Below are positions 9,954-18,285 of a DNA stretch of 43,091 nucleotides, piece after piece. Below the pieces are notes generated by a model. That model ran no database searches, had not been told where the DNA came from, and saw only the letters and a list, made by a program, of their open reading frames with translations. Every line of letters starts with the position of its first letter. The first letter of the stretch is position 1. The position numbers and the translations under genes are program-made. The stretch is from the NCBI GenBank assembly GCA_947476515.1, contig CANJQZ010000001.1, positions 1 to 43,091 of the forward strand, read 5' to 3'. Source of the DNA: Flavobacteriales bacterium (GTDB lineage: Bacteria > Bacteroidota > Bacteroidia > Flavobacteriales_D > Crocinitomicaceae).

Positions 9954-10397
9954 TTAAAGATTCAAGTGTATAGATGTTTTTGAATAAGAAATAATTGCAT
10001 TTTTAACTTCTAAATTCAAGGAAGCATAGTGTTTTTTAATCCAAATCACATCTTCAGAGATATTGCCTTGATATTTCAAAATTTTTGGAGCATTTTCTTG
10101 AATAATAAGTCGTAAAAAACGATATTCAGTGTTCTTAGAATTTAATCCTATTTCATTTTCCAATTGGATGCGACCTTGTTTAAAAATCTCCAGTTTTTCC
10201 TTCGGAGTATTTTGAAATCCGGCTTTCTTCATAACTAATGCACCTTTATAAGCTTTTTTATCACTGCCTTCTTTTTCAGCATCTAGTATCTTAAGCATAG
10301 CATTAACAGAAGTTAAATCTTTAGAAGAAATAACTTTAAAATATTCCTCTTTAGAAAATGATAGCGCTAATAATAAATAGATTATAAGACATTTCAT
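9954..10397 (-). CDS. hypothetical secreted protein (first gene of the darAB operon)
   Basis: 147 aa with an N-terminal signal peptide MKCLIIYLLLALSFS. No recognisable catalytic motif. Confidence 0.5.
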   Translation of the reverse strand: MKCLIIYLLLALSFSKEEYFKVISSKDLTSVNAMLKILDAEKEGSDKKAYKGALVMKKAGFQNTPKEKLEIFKQGRIQLENEIGLNSKNTEYRFLRLIIQENAPKILKYQGNISEDVIWIKKHYASLNLEVKNAIISYSKTSIHLNL

Positions 10398-10474
10398 GAG
10401 TGATATTTTTCGAAAATTAAATAAAAATAAATCAATTTACCGAGAAGTAAATTAACTTTATTACCAATAATCCG

Positions 10475-10497
10475 TTGCACCTATTAAATTTGCACCT
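10475..10497 (+). promoter_or_regulatory. candidate promoter/operator: Bacteroidota -7 box flanked by an 8-bp direct repeat
   Basis: TAAATTTG (10485-10492) fits TAnnTTTG and lies 20 nt upstream of the ATG at 10512. TTGCACCT occurs twice (10475-10482 and 10490-10497). Confidence 0.4.
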
Positions 10498-10511
10498 CAA
10501 ATATAAGATTA

Positions 10512-11672
10512 ATGTTGACAATTTCAGATATTAAAGGGTGTGTTATCATTCCAACATACAACAATGATAAAACTTTAAGACGGGTTGTTCAAGAAATAAT
10601 GACAATAGTCCCTCAGGAAGTAATTATCATTGTTAATGATGGATCTACAGATTCAACAAATGAAATTCTCAAAGAATTTGAAAATAAAATACATCTCGTT
10701 AATTACAAAGAAAACAAAGGTAAAGGTTATGCTTTGCGGAAAGGATTTAAAAAAGCAATTGAATTAGGATTTGAGAATGCAATAACCATTGATTCAGATG
10801 GCCAGCATTACCCTCAGGACATTCCATTATTGATAGAAAAAAGTTTTGAAAATAAGGGAGCTGTAATCATGGGTTCTCGAAATATGCAACAAGACGGAAT
10901 TCCACAAAAAAGCTCTTTCGGCAATAAATTTTCGAATTTTTGGTTTAAAATTGAAACCTGGATAAGCCTACCAGATACTCAAACTGGATTTAGAGTCTAT
11001 CCATTAGCGCCTATCAAAAACATGTATTTATTCACCAATAAATTTGAACTTGAAATTGAAATTATTGTTCGATTAGCTTGGAGGCAAATAAAATTTGTTC
11101 CCGTATCAATTAGGGTTAAATATGATCCCGAGGAACGCGTATCGCACTTTCGACCTGGAAGAGACTTTTTTAGAATTAGTGTACTGAATAGTTTATTAGT
11201 AACAATAGCACTACTCTATTTCTATCCTAAAAAATTATTGTCTATTGATACATTAAAACTCATAAAACAAGAAGCTATCAAGCCCAAAGAATCTAATTTT
11301 AAAAAAGCACTATCTATCGGATTTGGTTTTTTTATGGGAATAATTCCTTTGTGGGGGTTTCAACTATTGATTGGAATTCCTTTGGCAGTATTATTTAAGA
11401 TGAATAAGGTCTTATTTATTGCGTCAGCAAACATTTCAATTCCTCCTATGATTCCTTTTATTATTTATTTAAGTTTACTTACAGGTCAGATCTTCATTCA
11501 CGGAAATTTTGAAACCAATCAATTATTAGATTTTTCAAGCGAAGTAGTACAAAAAAATATCCTGCAATACTTTATTGGAGCCTCAGTTTTGTCAATAATT
11601 GCCTTTATAGGAGGCTTTATTATTTCCTATTTATTGTTGTCGTTGGTTAGAAAAGATCCTATTAAACATTAA
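10512..11672 (+). CDS. family 2 glycosyltransferase fused to a C-terminal membrane (DUF2062-like) domain
   Basis: N-terminal CVIIPTYNNDKTL and DxD-type TIDSDGQHYP. The C-terminal ~130 aa are polytopic hydrophobic (GFFMGIIPLWGFQLLIGIPLAVLF...). Confidence 0.8.
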   Translation: MLTISDIKGCVIIPTYNNDKTLRRVVQEIMTIVPQEVIIIVNDGSTDSTNEILKEFENKIHLVNYKENKGKGYALRKGFKKAIELGFENAITIDSDGQHYPQDIPLLIEKSFENKGAVIMGSRNMQQDGIPQKSSFGNKFSNFWFKIETWISLPDTQTGFRVYPLAPIKNMYLFTNKFELEIEIIVRLAWRQIKFVPVSIRVKYDPEERVSHFRPGRDFFRISVLNSLLVTIALLYFYPKKLLSIDTLKLIKQEAIKPKESNFKKALSIGFGFFMGIIPLWGFQLLIGIPLAVLFKMNKVLFIASANISIPPMIPFIIYLSLLTGQIFIHGNFETNQLLDFSSEVVQKNILQYFIGASVLSIIAFIGGFIISYLLLSLVRKDPIKH

Positions 11673-12033
11673 TATACTCTGCACTTATTTTCATAAATAC
11701 AGTGTGGTCATCTAGAATTTGTCCACTAATTCGGATTCTATCTTCGTAATTTTCTATAATATCAATATTAATTCTAACCAACGAAGAATGTAATGGATTT
11801 AAGATTGCCAAGAACTTGCAATTTGACATCTTTGTCAGCTTAATTTTTTTCTTTAAACATTCAGAAACTAATTCCTTAACTAATTCCATTTCCACTACTC
11901 CTGGAGTAACAGGATTTCCCGGAAAATGACCCGCAAAAATCACATGATCAGCCTCTATTTTTATAGTTGCGTGTATCTTGGTCTCATTGCATTCAATAGC
12001 TACAATGGAATAAAAATCATCTTTTAACATCAT
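11662..12033 (-). CDS. hotdog-fold 3-hydroxyacyl-ACP dehydratase (FabZ/FabA-like)
   Basis: 123 aa with the FabZ-type catalytic segment GHFPGNPVTPGVVEMEL. Confidence 0.75.
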   Translation of the reverse strand: MMLKDDFYSIVAIECNETKIHATIKIEADHVIFAGHFPGNPVTPGVVEMELVKELVSECLKKKIKLTKMSNCKFLAILNPLHSSLVRINIDIIENYEDRIRISGQILDDHTVFMKISAEYINV

Positions 12034-12659
12034 CAGAAATTACTAAATTTTAAATCATTTATTAATTCATTTAATTGAACATTACTAAATGAAAATATTA
12101 TTTTCTCTTTTTCAGATTCAACTAAACTCATTTCTTTGAGTTGCAAATATTTTTTATCAAAAATCAAAACAACTTGTTCAATATATTTTGACATCCTAAC
12201 AGATTGAGGTTTTAAAACTAATTTGTACTGAGAAGTATTTTCATAATAAGAAATGATAAAATCTTTATCTTCCAAGAAAGTGCCAGATAACATTTTTACC
12301 ATTAAATTTTGTATTTTCTTGACAATCAACTTGGTTGATGGGTCTTTTATTTCTTTTCCTTTTTCACTATATTTTATTTTATTTCCATCAATCAATAAAA
12401 TCTTTTTAATGGGACTTTGATGTTCCCATCTTATTTTTTGAGTTTGCTTATAATATAGCTTTCCTGTAGCAATTTGTTTATCATTAAACATTTCAGAATA
12501 AACAGTTTCTTTAAAATCTGCCATTAATGATTTGGTTGATTTCTGTTGTTTCTGAATACTTAACTTGCATTTTGAGAAATCGGTCATTTTCTTAAAATCC
12601 TGACTAAAAGAATTTAAGCAGAAAAAGATGAAAAATAGAGTATTACATATTTTTTTCAT
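12033..12659 (-). CDS. LolA-like outer-membrane lipoprotein carrier protein
   Basis: Signal peptide present. ADFKETVYS...GKLYYKQTQKIRWEHQSP...LIDGNKIKY matches the LolA pattern (F-x-Q/E..., RW, dG..l..Y). Confidence 0.7.
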   Translation of the reverse strand: MKKICNTLFFIFFCLNSFSQDFKKMTDFSKCKLSIQKQQKSTKSLMADFKETVYSEMFNDKQIATGKLYYKQTQKIRWEHQSPIKKILLIDGNKIKYSEKGKEIKDPSTKLIVKKIQNLMVKMLSGTFLEDKDFIISYYENTSQYKLVLKPQSVRMSKYIEQVVLIFDKKYLQLKEMSLVESEKEKIIFSFSNVQLNELINDLKFSNF

Positions 12660-13413
12660 TCAAATACAAATTTATTTGTTCTTTATTAGCAAAGGTAATG
12701 CCTTTTTGACTCGACAATTCTAGAAAAGGCTTCAAAGCTAGAGCTGTTTGTTTTAAATTATCATGTAATAAGATAATACTACCCGGTTTTGATAGAGAAA
12801 CAAGTCTATTAGAAAGAACTTTTGGATTACGAATAACGGTATCATAGGAACGCTTGTTCCAACCTATTAAATTCAAATTTAATTTATTCACAACCCTTGA
12901 AATGATTGGATTGGTATATCCAATTGGTGGTCTAAATAGATTTGATTCCATTTCTAATGTTGTAAAAAACGCTGTTAATTCGTTAATTTCTTTTTCCACT
13001 TTCGCAGCACTTAACAAGGCGAATAAAGGAGGGTGCGAAGCAGTATGATTGCCAATAAAATGACCTTCTTCAATGATTCTTTTAATTAAATGTTGTTCTT
13101 TTTTTGCTTTTATACCTATTACAAAAAAAATGGCAGTAACATTAAAATCTTTAAGTACATCCAAAATAATTGGAGTAGTATTTCGATCTGGTCCATCGTC
13201 AAAAGTCAATAAAACAAATGGTTTTTCAATTGAATTCTTTGATTTTACAAAATAATTAAATGACATAAAAAGTACACCACAACTGAGAATCAAAAAGAAA
13301 AATAGGAAAACCAGCAATAATATCATCCATAATCTTGCACTATACCAAAACAACCCTGAAAACAGGAACAAATTAAAAATAAATAAAACAATATTAATCT
13401 TGTGCTTTGTCAT
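12643..13413 (-). CDS. membrane-anchored polysaccharide deacetylase (NodB homology domain)
   Basis: Two N-terminal TM helices followed by NodB motifs LLTFDDGPD and GNHTASHP. Confidence 0.8.
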   Translation of the reverse strand: MTKHKINIVLFIFNLFLFSGLFWYSARLWMILLLVFLFFFLILSCGVLFMSFNYFVKSKNSIEKPFVLLTFDDGPDRNTTPIILDVLKDFNVTAIFFVIGIKAKKEQHLIKRIIEEGHFIGNHTASHPPLFALLSAAKVEKEINELTAFFTTLEMESNLFRPPIGYTNPIISRVVNKLNLNLIGWNKRSYDTVIRNPKVLSNRLVSLSKPGSIILLHDNLKQTALALKPFLELSSQKGITFANKEQINLYLNEKNM

Positions 13414-14317
13414 TTCTCAATAAAATCAAACCTATACCACCCTCACAACTAGAATTAACAACCAAAGCATATTTTTTTGATTGTTCTATGAGCCAATCAT
13501 GTGCCATATGGACACCGAAAGCATTCGAAGTAAAATACAATCCTGAAAACTTTTCATAATGAATCATTTTTTCAGAAGGAAAATGTTCCGTAAGACAATT
13601 ACTATAAACTATATCAATTGCAGCAGAATCTATTTGTAAATTTCCTAAAAAACTATTTATTTCAGAATCAATTGACACTTTATTCAATTTAGCCTGACAA
13701 GCAACAATTCCAATTTCAGCGTTAGACTTAATTTTTGAAAGAGCGAAAAATGTTGCTCCAGATGTAACAAAAGCATCTTTTGAAATAACTATGGGTTTTA
13801 ATTTATTTAAAAACTCAATTCCTTCGTCAGCTGCACCTAATAAGACAAATGATTTACCTTCATCGCAACATAAGATCGAATCAATAAGCGCCATTTCAAA
13901 TGATATATTATTTTGTGTGTGCGTCATATTATAGGAATGATTTTTCAATTCGAGAGAAATCAAACCTGATATTGTATTGTGGGTAGATTGAATAAACGAA
14001 GTAGGAGAAAGAATATCACCTTCAACAGTGTTTACTACATTTAAAAATTTCTCAGTATCTGTAAGGCAGCCCAAAGCAGTTCCAATAGAAATTGCTTCAA
14101 AAGGGGTGTTTATCGCTTCTTGACATTCTTTAGCTACTGCGACAGCCATGCGTAATATTGGGCTCAATCTCCTCAAGGAGGATGGAAGTACATATTTTTT
14201 GTAATCCGGGGCAAACAAAACAGAACCTTCCGTAATTTCAACTAATAATGCATTGATATCATTTTGCAAGAATGAATTCTGATGAGTAATAGATGCTACT
14301 TTATGGATATAATACAT
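13394..14317 (-). CDS. ketosynthase-like protein lacking catalytic residues (chain-length-factor-like KS partner)
   Basis: Paralogue of 1944-2990. It keeps SFIQSTHNTISGLISL but has no ACSS Cys and no HGT/GHT motifs. It starts 2 nt after the upstream KS. Confidence 0.75.
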   Translation of the reverse strand: MYYIHKVASITHQNSFLQNDINALLVEITEGSVLFAPDYKKYVLPSSLRRLSPILRMAVAVAKECQEAINTPFEAISIGTALGCLTDTEKFLNVVNTVEGDILSPTSFIQSTHNTISGLISLELKNHSYNMTHTQNNISFEMALIDSILCCDEGKSFVLLGAADEGIEFLNKLKPIVISKDAFVTSGATFFALSKIKSNAEIGIVACQAKLNKVSIDSEINSFLGNLQIDSAAIDIVYSNCLTEHFPSEKMIHYEKFSGLYFTSNAFGVHMAHDWLIEQSKKYALVVNSSCEGGIGLILLRNDKAQD

Positions 14318-14319
14318 TT

Positions 14320-15495
14320 CTATTTTTTTGAAAAAATCAAAGTTGAATTATTACCTCCAAAGCCAAAAGAATTTGATAATACATGATTTACCTCCATATT
14401 TTTTTCAATTCTTTTTATTGGAATCAAGCCAGTTTCTTCAATAGGAGCAGTATGATTTAAATTAGGGAATAATATTTTATTTTGAATACTTAATACCGCA
14501 TAGACCGATTCAATGCCTCCACTTGCGGCTAAGGTATGACCGGTGTATGATTTTGTTGAACTGAAGGGAGGTACTTTACCGTTAAAAATCTTAATTAGCG
14601 CTTTTGATTCTGACAAATCGTTGTTAGGAGTAGCTGTTCCATGGGCATTTACATAATTTATATCATTTGGTTTCAAGCCTGCAACTTGCAGCGCTTGATT
14701 CATTGATAAAACCGCTCCATCTCCATCCGGCGAAGAGGCTGTTTGATGAAAAGCATCTGAAGCATTACTCCAGCCCGTTAATTTTGCTAAAGCAATTTTA
14801 CCAGTGGTTTGTATAGATTTTTGAGACTCCAAAACAATATAGCCTGCTCCTTCACCAAGATTCAATCCTTTCCTTGAATTATCAAAAGGCTTACACCATT
14901 CATCATCAAATATCATGAGAGATCGGAATCCAAAAATTGTGAATTGTGTTAAACTGTCTGTCCCACCAACAATAACTCGATCTAAATAGCCTGAGCGAAT
15001 TAATCGCGCTCCCATCATTATGGCATTAGCTGCAGATGAACAAGCCGTGGAGATGGTATTTACAAAACCAGAAATACCTAATTCAGAGGCAATCTGAGCA
15101 GAGGTTGTACCACTAGGGTGATTAAAATAATTTTTATAATTAACGCGGTCTCCTTTCAAATATTTTTTATATTCTTCTTCAGTGGTATCCATTCCGCCAA
15201 CGGAAGTTCCTGATATTAATCCTGTTTTAACATGATCAAAAAGCTCATGATTAAGAAAAGCTTCTTTGGCTGCTACCATTCCTAATAATGCAGTTCTAGA
15301 ACCTTCTGTTTTTAAATTGAACTCTGATCTAAGTTCTTCATTTGTATATGGAATTTCGCCTACTTTAAATTTTGAAGAAAAATTTCTTAACCCTTGTTTT
15401 ATAGCAGTTTTTTCCTGAATTAAATTATTAAGATTTTCTTCGACATTGTTACCTATCGCAGAAATCACCCCATATCCAGTGATAAAAATGTCCAT
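14320..15495 (-). CDS. beta-ketoacyl-ACP synthase (Cys-His-His)
   Basis: ISTACSSAANAI, NAHGTATPNND, TGHTLAASG, SNSFGFGGNN. Confidence 0.9.
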   Translation of the reverse strand: MDIFITGYGVISAIGNNVEENLNNLIQEKTAIKQGLRNFSSKFKVGEIPYTNEELRSEFNLKTEGSRTALLGMVAAKEAFLNHELFDHVKTGLISGTSVGGMDTTEEEYKKYLKGDRVNYKNYFNHPSGTTSAQIASELGISGFVNTISTACSSAANAIMMGARLIRSGYLDRVIVGGTDSLTQFTIFGFRSLMIFDDEWCKPFDNSRKGLNLGEGAGYIVLESQKSIQTTGKIALAKLTGWSNASDAFHQTASSPDGDGAVLSMNQALQVAGLKPNDINYVNAHGTATPNNDLSESKALIKIFNGKVPPFSSTKSYTGHTLAASGGIESVYAVLSIQNKILFPNLNHTAPIEETGLIPIKRIEKNMEVNHVLSNSFGFGGNNSTLIFSKK

Positions 15496-15500
15496 TACTA

Positions 15501-15752
15501 TTATTTATTACTTTCAATAAAATCTGCCATCGAATCAATCGAATAAAAAATCTCTCTTGCTAATGAAGGATCATCAATTTTGATGCTGTATTCACTATCC
15601 AGTAATACAATAAACTCTAAAGCATCAATCGAATCAAGTCCTAAGCCTTCATCACCAAATAAGGGAGCATCATTTTTAATGTCTGCAGTTGTTAAATCTT
15701 CTAGATTTAACTGCTCAATTATTTGAGCTTTTAATTGTTCTTTTAATTCCAT
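15501..15752 (-). CDS. acyl carrier protein
   Basis: 83 aa with LGLDSIDALEF motif. Confidence 0.9.
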   Translation of the reverse strand: MELKEQLKAQIIEQLNLEDLTTADIKNDAPLFGDEGLGLDSIDALEFIVLLDSEYSIKIDDPSLAREIFYSIDSMADFIESNK

Positions 15753-16359
15753 TATTCCTATAATTATTAAGTATTTGATTTAATTCATTTGACGCTTCTT
15801 GATTTTCAACCCAATGAACAGTTTTGGAAACAACAAACATAAAACATTCTTCTTCCTCTAATCCATTCATTTCAATCCACCCACACATACAATATTCATT
15901 TCCGCGTAAAAATGACATTTCAATTTGATCAATAAAAAATTTTGAATCAAATTTAGTTAAAATAAAAAATATATTTTCACCATACCATTTGTGTTTTATA
16001 GCTATTTCTCCTGCCAAGATATTGGGCAAGGTATACACAAATAATGACGGACTGGGATTTTTCTTGAAGGTATATGACTCTATAAATTTCAAGTCAGTTT
16101 GTTGACTTGAAGTTGAATTAGCAAAAATCAATTGTAATTTTTCATCAATATTAACCATATTTTGAAGTGTATTTTTCAATAGAAAATCTCCTAAGAAAGC
16201 ACTTTTTGAAAGTGAATCCATTTTATAAAATTTAGGATAATCAATTTCAAGTTGCACAAAATATTGTTTTAAAAAATTATCTTCTTGTCCAGACAAAATT
16301 AAATCACCATTGACAAAAGCACCGAATCTATTAAGGTAACTGTGGCTAATAATTTTCAT
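15715..16359 (-). CDS. short degenerate KS-like protein (N-terminal thiolase half only; ApeC-like KS partner candidate)
   Basis: 214 aa. Its ATG overlaps the upstream KS stop (ATGA). It shares the motif SLFVYTLPNILAGEIAI with the two longer Cys-less KS partners. No catalytic Cys or His motifs. Confidence 0.5.
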   Translation of the reverse strand: MKIISHSYLNRFGAFVNGDLILSGQEDNFLKQYFVQLEIDYPKFYKMDSLSKSAFLGDFLLKNTLQNMVNIDEKLQLIFANSTSSQQTDLKFIESYTFKKNPSPSLFVYTLPNILAGEIAIKHKWYGENIFFILTKFDSKFFIDQIEMSFLRGNEYCMCGWIEMNGLEEEECFMFVVSKTVHWVENQEASNELNQILNNYRNNGIKRTIKSSNN

Positions 16360-17465
16360 TTCACTTGTTTTAATAACAATGCAGCATTCCCACCTCCAAA
16401 ACCTGAAGCTGTTTTCAAAACAATTTCAAGATCAACATTTGAGTTTTCAGAAACAATATTTAGAGTTTCAGTGGTTCCGACTTCTGAAAATCCAATACTT
16501 TTAAATAAAACACTTTTTTCCATTGAAACCATACACATAATTGTTTCTATTATACCAGCTGCTCCTAATGTATGCCCAAAATAACCTTTAAAACTATTGG
16601 TTGGAATGTGGTTTAGTTCGAGACGATGAAGAGCAACAGATTCCATTTCATCATTATATAAAGTAGCAGTGCCATGGGAAGAGATAAAATCTATCTCTTT
16701 TTTAGAAACACCGGATCTTTCAATTGCTTTAGTTACAGCTCGAAATAAACCTTCACCAGATCTTGAAGGACCAGAAATATGATTCGCGTCATTAGATGTT
16801 GCACCAGCTAAATACTCCACGCTAAAATCATCATCCAATGTATTTTTCATTATTAAAATACCACACGCCTCGCCTAAAGTGATACCTTTTCTATTTTTAT
16901 CAAAGGGTCTACAGGCTTCATTGCTAAGGGCGAATAAACTTTGAAAACCATAGACAATAAAATCTGACAATACATCAATTCCAATAATAATAACTTGATC
17001 AAATTTACTTGACCGAATATAATCAGCTGCAGTATTAATGGCAATTACACCTGAAATACAAGCATTAGAAATAATTATGGGTTCATGATAAGGATTTAAA
17101 ATATTCTTGATAATACTTATTGTTGATGCAAAAGTATCCGAAGGCAAAACTTCTAAATTTGCTTTTGTTGTACTTACAATAATCCCAGTTTTTTCACTTT
17201 GCAAAAATGAACTTGAATAAGCTTCTACAATTTTTTTACAGGCTAATTCTAACAAGGAATTATAGCGCGAATTTTTTAGGTGTTTGATCTTAGAAAGAAA
17301 AAGATCTTCAGAATTAAATCCAGTGCCTAATTCTTGATTTATTCCTGATTTATTATCACAAAAAGCAGTGTAATGATCTTGAACATTTTGACCAAGCGGG
17401 CTTATTAATGCTCCATATTTCAAATAACATTTCAAACTTCCTTCCAGTTTTGCTTGTTTTCCCAA
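16356..17465 (-). CDS. beta-ketoacyl-ACP synthase (Cys-His-His)
   Basis: ISNACISGVIAI, SSHGTATLYND, FGHTLGAAG, ASGFGGGNA. The track start at 17465 is TTG. An in-frame TTG at 17435 forms a TTGA overlap with the thioesterase stop and may be the real start. Confidence 0.85.
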   Translation of the reverse strand: MGKQAKLEGSLKCYLKYGALISPLGQNVQDHYTAFCDNKSGINQELGTGFNSEDLFLSKIKHLKNSRYNSLLELACKKIVEAYSSSFLQSEKTGIIVSTTKANLEVLPSDTFASTISIIKNILNPYHEPIIISNACISGVIAINTAADYIRSSKFDQVIIIGIDVLSDFIVYGFQSLFALSNEACRPFDKNRKGITLGEACGILIMKNTLDDDFSVEYLAGATSNDANHISGPSRSGEGLFRAVTKAIERSGVSKKEIDFISSHGTATLYNDEMESVALHRLELNHIPTNSFKGYFGHTLGAAGIIETIMCMVSMEKSVLFKSIGFSEVGTTETLNIVSENSNVDLEIVLKTASGFGGGNAALLLKQVK

Positions 17466-17860
17466 ATTTCATAGAATTTAGGTTTAATTAATTCTAAGGT
17501 TCGATCAATGACATTCATGAATATCTGAATTGTTTTGCCTGTTGCAGCAATTTTGTTTGTTGTTAGATTAAAAACTTCATATCGAAAAATAATTTTTGCA
17601 GCATAATGTTTTTCCAAAATGACCCTTACTTGAACCTTTTCGCCGTAATTAATAGTGGATTTATGATTAATTTCAGATTTTACAATTGGAGTAAAGTAAC
17701 CTTCTTTATATATATCTAGGTATTCAACTCCATATTTGATGCCAAAACTTTCTCTACCGTCTTCGAAATATTTCAAATAATTACCATGCCATACGACACC
17801 CATTGCATCAGTTTCGCTGAACCTTACATCAATATTTATTGAAGTTTCTAATTCTTTCAT
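17432..17860 (-). CDS. 4HBT/YbgC-type acyl-CoA (acyl-ACP) thioesterase
   Basis: Hotdog thioesterase signature VRFSETDAMGVVWHGNY. The ATG at 17860 gives an ATGA overlap with the upstream dehydratase stop. The track alternative is an ATG at 17884. Confidence 0.8.
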   Translation of the reverse strand: MKELETSINIDVRFSETDAMGVVWHGNYLKYFEDGRESFGIKYGVEYLDIYKEGYFTPIVKSEINHKSTINYGEKVQVRVILEKHYAAKIIFRYEVFNLTTNKIAATGKTIQIFMNVIDRTLELIKPKFYEIWENKQNWKEV

Positions 17861-18285
17861 CCGAGCACAATTTTCATTTGACATTTTATCAAATCTTGAG
17901 TTGCATTTCGAGCTACCCCTTCTATTAGATGAATATTTTCAAATGTATTCACAATTTGAACCTGTGTTTCTATCAAGGCATTAGTGGCCACTTCATTGAA
18001 AACTTCCAATTTTGTAATTGCCCCTATAAATCCTAGACGAGGTTCACTATCAACTTCTAAACTACTTAAATAACCAAAACCTGCGGCACATGTTTGTGCA
18101 ATATTTTCAACAATTGCAGCCTCAGATAAAATATTATTCTGAATAAATATATTATCATTTTCCACTTTAAAAGAACTTAAAAACCCTTTTTCGTCCGCTT
18201 TGAGTAAAGAGTCAATCATGATAAACGGTTCCCTTTGGGGAATATATTTTTTAATATTTTCCTTTTCAACTAGCATAATAATCAT
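17857..18285 (-). CDS. hotdog-fold dehydratase (FabZ/ApeI-like)
   Basis: 142 aa. N-terminal YIPQREPFIMIDSL matches the LPHRxPFLLVD-type opening of FabZ-like and aryl-polyene dehydratases. Confidence 0.65.
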   Translation of the reverse strand: MIIMLVEKENIKKYIPQREPFIMIDSLLKADEKGFLSSFKVENDNIFIQNNILSEAAIVENIAQTCAAGFGYLSSLEVDSEPRLGFIGAITKLEVFNEVATNALIETQVQIVNTFENIHLIEGVARNATQDLIKCQMKIVLG

